A DNA stretch of 64,000 nt from an uncultured Acidimicrobiaceae bacterium (GTDB taxonomy: Bacteria; Actinomycetota; Acidimicrobiia; Spongiisociales; UBA5794). The stretch is taken from NCBI GenBank assembly GCA_964579415.1, contig CAZOGW010000002.1, positions 14,612 to 78,611 of the forward strand. The letters are read 5' to 3'. Shown one piece after another: positions 27,598-36,210 of the stretch. Each line of letters begins with the position of its first letter. Positions within the stretch are counted from its first letter, which is position 1. Below the pieces are notes generated by a model. It saw only the letters and a list, made by a program, of their open reading frames with translations, was not told the origin of the DNA and searched no databases. The position numbers and the translations under genes are program-made.

Positions 27598-29208
27598 TCA
27601 GGCGCCCTCGTCCCCGGCCACAAGAGACACTTCCTCCGCGGTGAGCGTCGAGCGCCACACATCCAGGGCACGGCCCATCCCCGCCCACATCGGATCGACC
27701 AGCGTGACGTCGCCGGATCCCCACTCCGGCAGTGGACCGTCGAGCACGTAACGTGACCGGAAGTCGTGCCCGTCGACGATGAACTCGTCGAACAACCTCA
27801 CGTTGTCTGCCCGGACCGCGCCCATCAAGGCGCGGCGGCCGTCCTCGGTGAGGAGCCGCGGTCGACCGGTACGGAGCGTGCCCTGTGACTTCTGCAGGTT
27901 GCGTCGTACCGCCTCCCGCTCCTCGACTTCGAGCAGCGGTGCCAGCACCAGGGCGACGAGCAGCTCGCGTTCGGAGAAGCTCACATTGTGGACCGGGGGT
28001 TTGTCGACCCTCAGTTCGACGCCGAGTCTGGAGGTCATGGCGTCGATGACCCCGGTGGGACCGCGGGCGGCGAGATGCTCGTAGGGGACGACGGTGAGGG
28101 AGCGGTCGAGGCGATCTCGGAGCAACTCGAGCACCGGCGTCCAGGTGAGCTGCGACGCGTCGACCCTGTCGAGGAAGGCATCGAAGGTCTTGGAGCCCCC
28201 CGCCTGCACCGACTGCACGTAGTAGGACTCGAGGAAGTCGGCCTGGTTGCGTACCGCGAACACAACGGACACGTCGGTGCCCGCCAGCGCCTCGGCGAGG
28301 ATGTCGACTCGCCGCGGTGCGTTCTGATAGAGAGGTCCGTCGAGCCGTGGCGAGGGGGCGCCGATGAGGGACTCGTCCGACACGAACACCGCGGCCGACT
28401 CCCGGACACTGCCCAGGTCGGCTGCCAGCGCCCGCGCCGCTTCCGCCCGGGCGCCCTCGTCTCCTTTCGAAGCCGTCCTCACCAGCTTGAGGGCTTCGGT
28501 GAGCGGGCCACTGCTGCGAATCTGGCACACCCACCCCTGCAGCGCCAGCTCGTCGCCGTGCCTGCGGAAGAACCGCTGTAGCGAGGTGGTGCCCGTCTTC
28601 GAGGCGCCCAGGTGAAGCACGACCCGGCGGCGATGATTCCCGTCACCTGCGTCGGATTCTCGACGGGTCCGGACCCAGACCGACGTCAGGGCGGCCCGGC
28701 TCTCCGCATCGACCCCGGAGCCGGGGTGGAAGTCCTGGCGGTGGTAGTCCCCGGCATCGAGCTGCCCGACGAGGGCCGTCACCGCGTCGGCCGGCGAACC
28801 GACGTGGTGCACCAGCACGACCTTCGGCTGGTGGCGGGCGACGGCGGCGGCAACCTGGGCGCCTCCATCCGGGTGGGAGACGGCGTCGAAGAACACCGCG
28901 TCGACACGCTCGGCAAGGTGGAACGGCTCGTGTTCCGCACCGACGACATGGAGGCGCCAGCGGTCCATCAGCTCGGGACTGCGGCGCATCGCGTCGAGGA
29001 CGACCAGGGCCCAGCCGGGATCGGATTCGACGGTATGGAGAACGGCTACCTTGTCACACCAGTACGGGGTCGCGGCACCGCCGCCCCATTCCAATCCGGT
29101 CATCCCGGGATCCAGCTGGGAAGCGGCGAACCCGGCCGCCCCCCCGGCGAGTTGCGGCGAGGCGTCACGGAACCGGCGCGCCTCGGCCGCCTCCAACGGT
29201 GACACCAT
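27598..29208 (-). CDS. PAPS-dependent sulfotransferase-domain protein with an N-terminal Rossmann-like extension
   Basis: 5'-PSB P-loop RRVVLHLGASKTGTTSLQRFF and 3'-PB motif VVFAVRNQADFLESYY. Start assigned to ATG 29208; in-frame GTG codons up to about 29340 are alternatives. The annotated 1041-aa ORF (to 30723) is rejected upstream of about 29340 as the shadow of the opposite-strand gene. Confidence 0.65.
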   Translation of the reverse strand: MVSPLEAAEARRFRDASPQLAGGAAGFAASQLDPGMTGLEWGGGAATPYWCDKVAVLHTVESDPGWALVVLDAMRRSPELMDRWRLHVVGAEHEPFHLAERVDAVFFDAVSHPDGGAQVAAAVARHQPKVVLVHHVGSPADAVTALVGQLDAGDYHRQDFHPGSGVDAESRAALTSVWVRTRRESDAGDGNHRRRVVLHLGASKTGTTSLQRFFRRHGDELALQGWVCQIRSSGPLTEALKLVRTASKGDEGARAEAARALAADLGSVRESAAVFVSDESLIGAPSPRLDGPLYQNAPRRVDILAEALAGTDVSVVFAVRNQADFLESYYVQSVQAGGSKTFDAFLDRVDASQLTWTPVLELLRDRLDRSLTVVPYEHLAARGPTGVIDAMTSRLGVELRVDKPPVHNVSFSERELLVALVLAPLLEVEEREAVRRNLQKSQGTLRTGRPRLLTEDGRRALMGAVRADNVRLFDEFIVDGHDFRSRYVLDGPLPEWGSGDVTLVDPMWAGMGRALDVWRSTLTAEEVSLVAGDEGA

Positions 29209-29466
29209 CGCCTGGCGAGCCGTGACCTCGGTCTCGAGCCGGTCGATGCGACCGAGGACGTCCGCGGTGGACTGCTTCACCACCGCGTCGCCCCTGAGAC
29301 GCTTCCATAGCTCGCTCACGTTACGCGCCTTCCCGTCACACACCGCGATCCGGTACCCGGCCGAAACCCGGCCATCGGTGTAAGACGGCACCTTAGGACG
29401 TACGCGGATCGCGGTGACCCTAAAATGCCGGTCGCTCTTCTTCCCCCACCAGCGAGGTGCCGGTTC

Positions 29467-32400
29467 ATGACCGTCGGGTTTGTCGTCTGGAACCCGTTCC
29501 AGGTGTTCCACATGGGACCCATCGCCGAACACCTCGACGACGTCGTGTTCCTGGTCGTCAACCGGTGGGGCCTGGAAGAGTTGCGCGCCGGTTTCGGGGG
29601 CAGCGTCGGCGCCTTCATCGACCGTCCCCACCAGATCGTCACCACGCGTCAGCTCACGGCGCTCGACGGGAAGCTGGACGCCCTGGTCTGCCCGAACCCG
29701 TTTCCCGGGATGAACGCCCTGGCGGCGACCCGCCGCGTCGGGATCCAGTACTCGATGACCAAGGAGAGCTACCAGTACGGCACCTGGCGGTCGCAGTTCG
29801 ACGTGAACCTGGCCTACGGCGACTACACCGTGGGCAAGCTGCTCCGCTACGGCCCCGCCGTCGCCGTGGGGAACCCCCGGTTCGCTCCCTGGTTCAAGGG
29901 CGCTGACGAGCCGGCGCCGCCTTCGCCGCGCAAGACGGTCATCTACCTCCCCACCTGGGGCGAGTTCTCGTCGGTGCCCCGGTTCCTCCCCGCCATCGAG
30001 GCGCTGCAGGCCGACTACGAGGTCATCGTCAAGCTCCACCACAAGATCCACCTCACCGAACCGGACAAGACGGCGCAGCTGCAGTCGTCGGGCATCAAGA
30101 GCTCCTTCCTCCCCCACGACGATCTGCTGCCGCAGCTGCGCCGCGCCGACCTCGTCATCAGCGACTACAGCGGAGCGATCTTCGACGCCATCTACGTGCG
30201 GAAGCCGGTGCTGCTTCTCCAGGAGGACCCGGCGAGCCTCATCGGTGACAAGTTCACCTTCGACAGCATCGAGTACTCCCGGCGCGACGACATCGGCCCC
30301 GTGGTGGCGTCTCCCGCGCAACTGGCCGACACCGTCGCCGCCGTCCTGAATGGCTCGATCGACTACCGGGACGCCAACGAACGGCTCCGGGCCGAATGCT
30401 TCGCCGAAGACGTGCACGCCGCCGAACGGTGCGCCGAGGTGATCGACACCGTGGCGCACCAGCGCACGAACCCCCTCTCCCCCCGGTCCCACAGCAACAG
30501 ACCTGTGGTGGCGCCGGAGCGACCAGTGGAGCAACGCATCCTCCGCCTCGAGCAACAGCGCGCCGCCGGCGCCGGAACCTCGACCCCGGCCGGGGATGCA
30601 CAGGAGCACCTGCGGGCCCGGATGCGCCAGTCGGTCAGGGCGGCAGCGGGCGCCGCCGGCGCCGGCACGTTGCTGCCCGCCCTGGCGGCGGCACCCGGCC
30701 CTCACGGGAAAACGACCCGCCACCTGGCGGTCCGCACCGCACTGCGCGTCTCCGCCGACCCGTCCGTGGCCATCCGATCACTGGAGGCGTTGCAGCGTCG
30801 GGACCGGCTCGATACCGGGCAGCGGCTGTGGCTCGCCGACCTACTGTTCGTCACCGGCCGCGGCGACGAGGCGGCGCGGCTGGTCGAGGGGACAACCGGC
30901 ACCTCCGCCCCCGATCTCCTCAAGACGCTGGCCCGGGCCTACGAAACCCTGTCCGGCCCGGCGGCGAGTTGGAACACCCTCACCGGGTTGGTCTCGCCGG
31001 CGCCGGTTCCCGCCTCCAACAACGGGCTGCTGGCATCGACTCCCCTCTCCGTGGACGACATCCTGCGACGGGTGACTACCAACGCGGCGTCGATCGCCAC
31101 CGACTGCACCGAGTTCGAAACGGCGGCCGAGCTGTACGCCGAGTTGCTCAAGCTGGACGACGACGTGGCCGACCTCCACCACGGGTACGGAAAGGCGCTG
31201 GGCGGCGCCTTCCGGCTCGACGAGGCACGGCAGGCCTACGCCGAGGCGTTGCGGCGTGGCCCCTTCGTGGACACCTACCAGCGTTCCTACGCTTCCTCGT
31301 GCTCCAAGGCGGAGGACTGGGAGGGTGCACACCACGCCTGGCTGCGACCGCGCCGCGATCAGGTGCTGGACGCCAGCGCCGCCCTCGGCGCCGTGCGCCG
31401 GGAACGCACCGCCTTCGACACCCTCGATGCCGCCTTCACCGACCCTGTCGTGGTCTCCTCGCCGGCGTTCCGTGATGCTCTGGAGGACAGCGCCGCAGTG
31501 GCGCCGCTGCGCCCCGCCGAACAGTGGATGGCGCTGCACTGGCGGCTGATCCGGCTCGGAGCCTTCTCCGCCGCCTACCGGGTCAAGGACCTGGCGGCGT
31601 GGAGTCTCCTCGGCGACCTGTCACGCAGCAACGGCAACGATCCCCGCAGCACGGTGCGCCTGTCGCGGGCGCTCGTCACCGTGGGAGAGCACGACGAGGC
31701 GCGCCGGCTGCTCTCGTTGTGGCTCGCCGCCTCCACCGATGAGCCGGAAGGGCGCGCCGCCGTCACCAAGGCGCTGGCGGACCTCGACCTCCTCCAGGGG
31801 GAGACGTCGTCGATCGTGCGCTGGTTCGCCGCAGCCGCGGTCGATCGCTTCCCCCAGGACGAGGGCCGCCGCATCGCCCGGGACGTCTTCGAGGGGCGCC
31901 GCGTCGCCATCGTGGGCCCGGGTCGGCCGCCCGAGGGAGCCTCCCCCGACCGATTCGACGCCTACGACGTGGTGGTCCGACCCAACCTGTTCCTCGACGC
32001 CGCAACCGCCGCCGCCACCGGCTCGGAGCGCACCGACGTCGCCTACTTCAACAGCGGCATCACCCGGCTCGGACTGGACGACCTGCTCGACGTCGCTGCC
32101 GGCCAGGGGGTACGTCAGGTGGTGCTGAGGCGACCCCGCGACCTGGGCCTGCTCGCTCCCCGCCTGCGCTCGGGCAAGGTCCGTTTCGTCGACATCGAGC
32201 CGTCGTGCCACCTGTTCGCCTCCTCCTTCGGCATCCAGCGGATGTTGTACGACATCAACCTCTACCGGCCCCGCACCATCGACGTGTTCAACGTCGATTT
32301 CTTCGCCGGGGCGGTCGAGTACGTCGACGGCTACAAGATCGACAACGCCGACATCAGCTTCCGCGGGTACACCCATGACTTCCGTGGCGACTTCATCCTC

Positions 32401-32514
32401 TCGCGGAACCTGCGCGCCAGCGGTGCCGTCGGGTTCGACCCGGTGGCCGACGCCATCCTCGACCTCGACGTCGCCGCCTACCTGGAACTCCTCGACGCCA
32501 AGCCGTCGGAGTGA
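29467..32514 (+). CDS. 1015-aa fusion: N-terminal TagF/TagB-like CDP-glycerol glycerophosphotransferase-family domain, a helical repeat (TPR-like) middle, and a C-terminal domain with a sialyltransferase motif-L-like signature
   Basis: RBS gaggtg upstream. TagF-family: RKTVIYLPTWGEFSS (compare YAPTWR) and ...ADLVISDYSGAIFDA. C-terminal domain: RRVAIVGPGRPPEGASPDRFDAYDVVVRPN, resembling sialylmotif L / Cst-type GNGPSL...DVxRxN. See findings. Confidence 0.65.
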   Translation: MTVGFVVWNPFQVFHMGPIAEHLDDVVFLVVNRWGLEELRAGFGGSVGAFIDRPHQIVTTRQLTALDGKLDALVCPNPFPGMNALAATRRVGIQYSMTKESYQYGTWRSQFDVNLAYGDYTVGKLLRYGPAVAVGNPRFAPWFKGADEPAPPSPRKTVIYLPTWGEFSSVPRFLPAIEALQADYEVIVKLHHKIHLTEPDKTAQLQSSGIKSSFLPHDDLLPQLRRADLVISDYSGAIFDAIYVRKPVLLLQEDPASLIGDKFTFDSIEYSRRDDIGPVVASPAQLADTVAAVLNGSIDYRDANERLRAECFAEDVHAAERCAEVIDTVAHQRTNPLSPRSHSNRPVVAPERPVEQRILRLEQQRAAGAGTSTPAGDAQEHLRARMRQSVRAAAGAAGAGTLLPALAAAPGPHGKTTRHLAVRTALRVSADPSVAIRSLEALQRRDRLDTGQRLWLADLLFVTGRGDEAARLVEGTTGTSAPDLLKTLARAYETLSGPAASWNTLTGLVSPAPVPASNNGLLASTPLSVDDILRRVTTNAASIATDCTEFETAAELYAELLKLDDDVADLHHGYGKALGGAFRLDEARQAYAEALRRGPFVDTYQRSYASSCSKAEDWEGAHHAWLRPRRDQVLDASAALGAVRRERTAFDTLDAAFTDPVVVSSPAFRDALEDSAAVAPLRPAEQWMALHWRLIRLGAFSAAYRVKDLAAWSLLGDLSRSNGNDPRSTVRLSRALVTVGEHDEARRLLSLWLAASTDEPEGRAAVTKALADLDLLQGETSSIVRWFAAAAVDRFPQDEGRRIARDVFEGRRVAIVGPGRPPEGASPDRFDAYDVVVRPNLFLDAATAAATGSERTDVAYFNSGITRLGLDDLLDVAAGQGVRQVVLRRPRDLGLLAPRLRSGKVRFVDIEPSCHLFASSFGIQRMLYDINLYRPRTIDVFNVDFFAGAVEYVDGYKIDNADISFRGYTHDFRGDFILSRNLRASGAVGFDPVADAILDLDVAAYLELLDAKPSE

Positions 32515-32519
32515 CCCAC

Positions 32520-33707
32520 ATGGCGGTGTTGTGCGTCATACCTGCCCGCGGCGGATCCAAAGGTATCCCCGGGAAGAACCTGCGCCGGGTCGGTGGGTTG
32601 ACGCTGGTGGAGCGAGCGGTCCGGTCGGCGCTGGCGGCCGAGCGGGTCGACAGGGTGGTGGTCAGCACCGACGACACCGAGATCGCCGCCGCGGCTCGGC
32701 GCAGCGGGGCCGGGGTGGTGCACCGACCTGCCGATCTGGCCGCGGATACCTCCACCAGCGAGTCCGCCCTGGTCCACGCCGTCGGATCGGTGCTCGGCGA
32801 GCCGGGTGACGGCGACGTGCTGGTCTTCTTGCAGTGCACCAGCCCCCTCATCGATCCGGCGGACATCGACCGGGCTGTCGCCATGGTCACCGAGGGGGGC
32901 TACGACTCCGTCTTCTCGGCGGTTCGGTCCCATGCCTTCGTGTGGCGAGAGGAGGATGGCGGCGCCGTCGGGGTGAACCACGACTGGCGGGTGCGCCTGC
33001 GCCGCCAGGATCTGCCTGCGGAGTACCGCGAGACCGGTGCGGTCTACGTGATGCGTATCGCCGGCTTCCTCGAGAGCGGGCACCGGTTCTTCGGGCGTGT
33101 CGGCATCTGCGTCGTGTCCGCCACCCACGGTATCGACATCGACGCCGCCGAGGACCTGGAGATGGCTCGCTTCGTAGCCCGGCGGGCGGACCCGGGCCCC
33201 CTCGCCGGCCTGGACCCGTCGCGGGTGACGGCGATGATCACCGACTTCGACGGGGTCCACACCGACGATCGCGCCTGGGTGGCCCAGGACGGGCAGGAGG
33301 CGGTCAGGGTGAGCCGGTCCGACGGTCTCGGGTTGGCTGCGCTGCGTGACTCCGGGCTGGCCCTGCTCATCCTCTCCAAGGAGCGGAACCCGGTGGTGCG
33401 GGCGCGGGCCGGCAAGCTCGGGATCGAATGTTTGCAGGGGATCGACGATAAACTGGCGGCTCTCCGCCGGTGGGCCGAGGGCAGGGGTATCGACCCGGCA
33501 GGGATCGTGTTCGTCGGCAACGACAGCAACGACGTGCCGTGCCTCGAGTTCGTCGGATGGCCGGTGGTGGTCGCGGATGCCCACCACTCGGCCCACGCCA
33601 CCGGGGCGATGACGACGCGGCGGCGCGGCGGCGCCGGCGCGCTGCGGGAGATCGCAGACCGGCTGCTGGCCGGCCCGGGCCCCTACGGATGGCAGATCGA
33701 ACAGTGA
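32520..33707 (+). CDS. neuA: Acylneuraminate (nonulosonate) cytidylyltransferase fused to a C-terminal HAD-IIIA (KdsC-type) sugar-phosphate phosphatase
   Basis: N-terminal CMP-sugar synthetase motifs (VIPARGGSKGIPGKN...FLQCTSPL). C-terminal HAD motifs (DFDGVHTDD..., VGNDSNDVPCL). GTG 32511 is an alternative start overlapping the upstream stop. Confidence 0.8.
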   Translation: MAVLCVIPARGGSKGIPGKNLRRVGGLTLVERAVRSALAAERVDRVVVSTDDTEIAAAARRSGAGVVHRPADLAADTSTSESALVHAVGSVLGEPGDGDVLVFLQCTSPLIDPADIDRAVAMVTEGGYDSVFSAVRSHAFVWREEDGGAVGVNHDWRVRLRRQDLPAEYRETGAVYVMRIAGFLESGHRFFGRVGICVVSATHGIDIDAAEDLEMARFVARRADPGPLAGLDPSRVTAMITDFDGVHTDDRAWVAQDGQEAVRVSRSDGLGLAALRDSGLALLILSKERNPVVRARAGKLGIECLQGIDDKLAALRRWAEGRGIDPAGIVFVGNDSNDVPCLEFVGWPVVVADAHHSAHATGAMTTRRRGGAGALREIADRLLAGPGPYGWQIEQ

Positions 33708-33709
33708 GG

Positions 33710-34582
33710 ATGCAGATGAGCGTGATCGATGTCGGAGGACGCCCGGTCGGCGACGGTGAGCCTGTCTACGTCATCGCCGAGATCGGGATCAACCACAACG
33801 GCGACGTCGAGATCGCCAAGCAACTCATCGACGTCGCGGTGGAGGCCGGGTGCGACGCGGTGAAGTTCCAGAAGCGCACCCCCGAGATCTGCGTGCCGCT
33901 CGACCAGCGGGACAAGATGCGGGAGACGCCCTGGGGCGATATGACGTACCTGGCCTACAAGGAGCGCACCGAGTTCTGGGAGTCGGAGTACCGGCAGATC
34001 GACGAGCACGCCGCCGGCCTCGGTATCCAGTGGTTCGCCTCGCCGTGGGACGTGCCCTCGGTCGACTTCCTCGAAGGGTTCGGCGTACCCACCCACAAGG
34101 TGGCGTCGGCCAGCCTCACCGACGAGGCGCTACTCAAGGCGCTGGCGGCGACCGGCAAACCTCTCATCGTCTCCACCGGCATGTCGACGATCGACGAGAT
34201 CGACCGCGCCATGGAGTTGCTGGCGGGGTCGGATGTGGTCCTTCTCCACTCGACGTCGACGTACCCGTGCCCCCCCGAGGAATCCAACCTGAGGACCATC
34301 ACCACCCTCCGGGAGCGTTACCGCGTCCCGGTCGGCTACTCGGGCCACGAACGCGGGTTGCAGGTCACCCTGGGAGCGGTGGCGCTGGGAGCCGTCGCCG
34401 TCGAGCGCCACATCACCCTCGACCGGACCATGTGGGGATCGGACCATGCGGCCAGCGTCGAACCGCAGGGTTTGCGCCATCTGGTCCGCGACATCCGCAT
34501 CATCGAGACGGCGTTGGGTGACGGGGTCAAGCGGGTCTTCCCCGGCGAGGAGGAGCCGCGGCGGCGCCTCCGCTCGGCGTGA
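33710..34582 (+). CDS. neuB: NeuB-family nonulosonic acid synthase (TIM-barrel only, short form lacking the C-terminal SAF domain)
   Basis: VYVIAEIGINHNGD...AKxAG.DAVKFQKRT...LxSTGMSTIDEIDRAM...HSTSTYPCP. Start ATG 33710 is preceded by the gagga RBS, and its TGA overlaps the neuA stop. Confidence 0.85.
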   Translation: MQMSVIDVGGRPVGDGEPVYVIAEIGINHNGDVEIAKQLIDVAVEAGCDAVKFQKRTPEICVPLDQRDKMRETPWGDMTYLAYKERTEFWESEYRQIDEHAAGLGIQWFASPWDVPSVDFLEGFGVPTHKVASASLTDEALLKALAATGKPLIVSTGMSTIDEIDRAMELLAGSDVVLLHSTSTYPCPPEESNLRTITTLRERYRVPVGYSGHERGLQVTLGAVALGAVAVERHITLDRTMWGSDHAASVEPQGLRHLVRDIRIIETALGDGVKRVFPGEEEPRRRLRSA

Positions 34583-34592
34583 CGGTCGGCGC

Positions 34593-35327
34593 TCAGGAGA
34601 CCCGACGGAACATGAAGCTGGCGTAGTTGACGTCGGGGCGGATGTTGCGCACCTGCAACGGCTCGAACCCGGCCTCCCCGAGAAGCTGCCAGAACTCGTC
34701 GATGGCGTACGACGTGGCCGTGATGTAGTGAGATGCGTAGTCCCCGCTCTTGGGCAGGAACCGGGGATTGCCGTTGTCGTACCTGATCTGGATCAGGCCG
34801 AGCCCACCCGGCTTGGCGGCGCCGGAGAGGGCGTGCAGCACGGCCACGCCGTATTCCTTGCTGGGGAAGTGCTGGAAGACGGCGGTGCTCAACACGATGT
34901 CGAAGCTCTCCCGGTAGGGGGCCATGGCGTCGGCGGGAGCGCCGGTGAGGTGCACCCCGGTGAAGTCCCCGAAGCCGGCCTGCTCCGCCTGGGTGCGGCA
35001 CTCGTCGAGGTTCGGTCCCGAGATGTCGACGCCGACGTAGCGACGGGAGACGGGTGCCAGCGCCACCACGTTGCTACCCCCGCCGGGGCCCCACTCCAGG
35101 ACGGCCAGTCCCGCACCGGGAGCCAGGGGCGGTTGGGCGAGGCTGCGGCGGAACACGTCGAGTTCCCGCCTGACCCGGGTCCCGATGGCCAGCCAGGCGC
35201 GGTCGTCGGCGTAGCGCCCGAAGCCGCGCCAGTGGGAATGCTCCCGCTTCTTGTCGTCATGGGAGCTGCAGGCCCACACGTCGGCGGCGAGGCGCTGTTG
35301 TGCGATGAGGTCCGATTCCGATGTCAT
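34593..35327 (-). CDS. Class I SAM-dependent methyltransferase
   Basis: Motif I LAVLEWGPGGGSN and the later GGLGLIQI. About 244 aa; sits at the end of a minus-strand operon. Confidence 0.7.
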   Translation of the reverse strand: MTSESDLIAQQRLAADVWACSSHDDKKREHSHWRGFGRYADDRAWLAIGTRVRRELDVFRRSLAQPPLAPGAGLAVLEWGPGGGSNVVALAPVSRRYVGVDISGPNLDECRTQAEQAGFGDFTGVHLTGAPADAMAPYRESFDIVLSTAVFQHFPSKEYGVAVLHALSGAAKPGGLGLIQIRYDNGNPRFLPKSGDYASHYITATSYAIDEFWQLLGEAGFEPLQVRNIRPDVNYASFMFRRVS

Positions 35328-35346
35328 GCGCGCTGCTCCACCTCGA

Positions 35347-36210
35347 TCAGGTCGGGGGTACCGCCGACGAGAACCTGTTGGCGACCAGGGCCGCCATCTG
35401 CTCGTCGGGGAGATACCGCCGCGCCGCCTGGTGCCACAGCCCCTCCACCTTGGTGAGACGCCTGTCGTTGGCGGTGCGGGGGCGGGTCCACGGCTTCGAT
35501 CCGACGTAGTGGAGGAACCGGACGTCCCATCGCTCGATCTCCCCCTCCACCGATTCGAGCCTGTCGGGGAACATGCGCTTGGTGCTGTTGTAGCGGATCG
35601 GCAGCCAACGCACCCGGTAGGGGTAGAAGTAGAGGTTGAGTACCGCCTGGTCGGCCTTGCCGGTGTGGGGCCGGGCGTCGGCGAGCCGGGTCCGCGCCGT
35701 CAGGTCGTGGTAGGTGGCGCCGCCGAGGTAGCGCCGGCCCACCCGGAAGACGCCGGAGTTGAAGAACGGGAGCGGCTGCTGACCGCGGCGGGAAGCGGCC
35801 CGCACCGCGGCGAAACCGTCGTGGCCATCCGCCGGGTGCAGCAGCTCGGAGATGTCGCCCAGACACAACATGTCGGCGTCGAGGCACAACACCCGGTCGA
35901 ACTCGGTGAACCGGAACGCCTCAAGAATGAGGAACGCCGCCACCAGGTGTTGTGGCGTATCGAGGGCGGCGCGGCCCTGGGCCTGGAGGTGGGCCAGCGA
36001 CGGCGGCGATCCCTCGACGATGCGGAGTGACGGGTACCGGCGTCGCAGCAGGTCGGCGTTGGCCGCGGAGAGCCCGTTGTCGGGCGTGAGAACCAGCCAG
36101 GGTTCCTCGAGCCACGGGTTGTGCTCCAGCACCGTGGAGAGGAAGACGACGAAAGCGGGAACGAAATCGTCGGTGACCACGGTGACGATCGCCGCGCCCG
36201 GCGCCGTCAT
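35347..36210 (-). CDS. GT8-family (LgtC/glycogenin-like) retaining glycosyltransferase
   Basis: VTVVTDDFVPAFVVF... DxD context VLCLDADMLCLGDISELL; FNSGVFR; and the HYVGSKPW tail. Start at MTAPGAAIV with a 4-nt overlap with the upstream gene. Confidence 0.75.
   Translation of the reverse strand: MTAPGAAIVTVVTDDFVPAFVVFLSTVLEHNPWLEEPWLVLTPDNGLSAANADLLRRRYPSLRIVEGSPPSLAHLQAQGRAALDTPQHLVAAFLILEAFRFTEFDRVLCLDADMLCLGDISELLHPADGHDGFAAVRAASRRGQQPLPFFNSGVFRVGRRYLGGATYHDLTARTRLADARPHTGKADQAVLNLYFYPYRVRWLPIRYNSTKRMFPDRLESVEGEIERWDVRFLHYVGSKPWTRPRTANDRRLTKVEGLWHQAARRYLPDEQMAALVANRFSSAVPPT

Noticed and set aside
29341-30723. Upstream 460 codons of the annotated 1041-aa minus-strand ORF (27598-30723)
   Set aside because: This part is the antisense shadow of the well-supported plus-strand TagF-like gene (29467-32514) and has Arg/Gly/Pro-rich low-complexity translation typical of GC-rich wrong frames. 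Only the 3' portion (sulfotransferase) is real.
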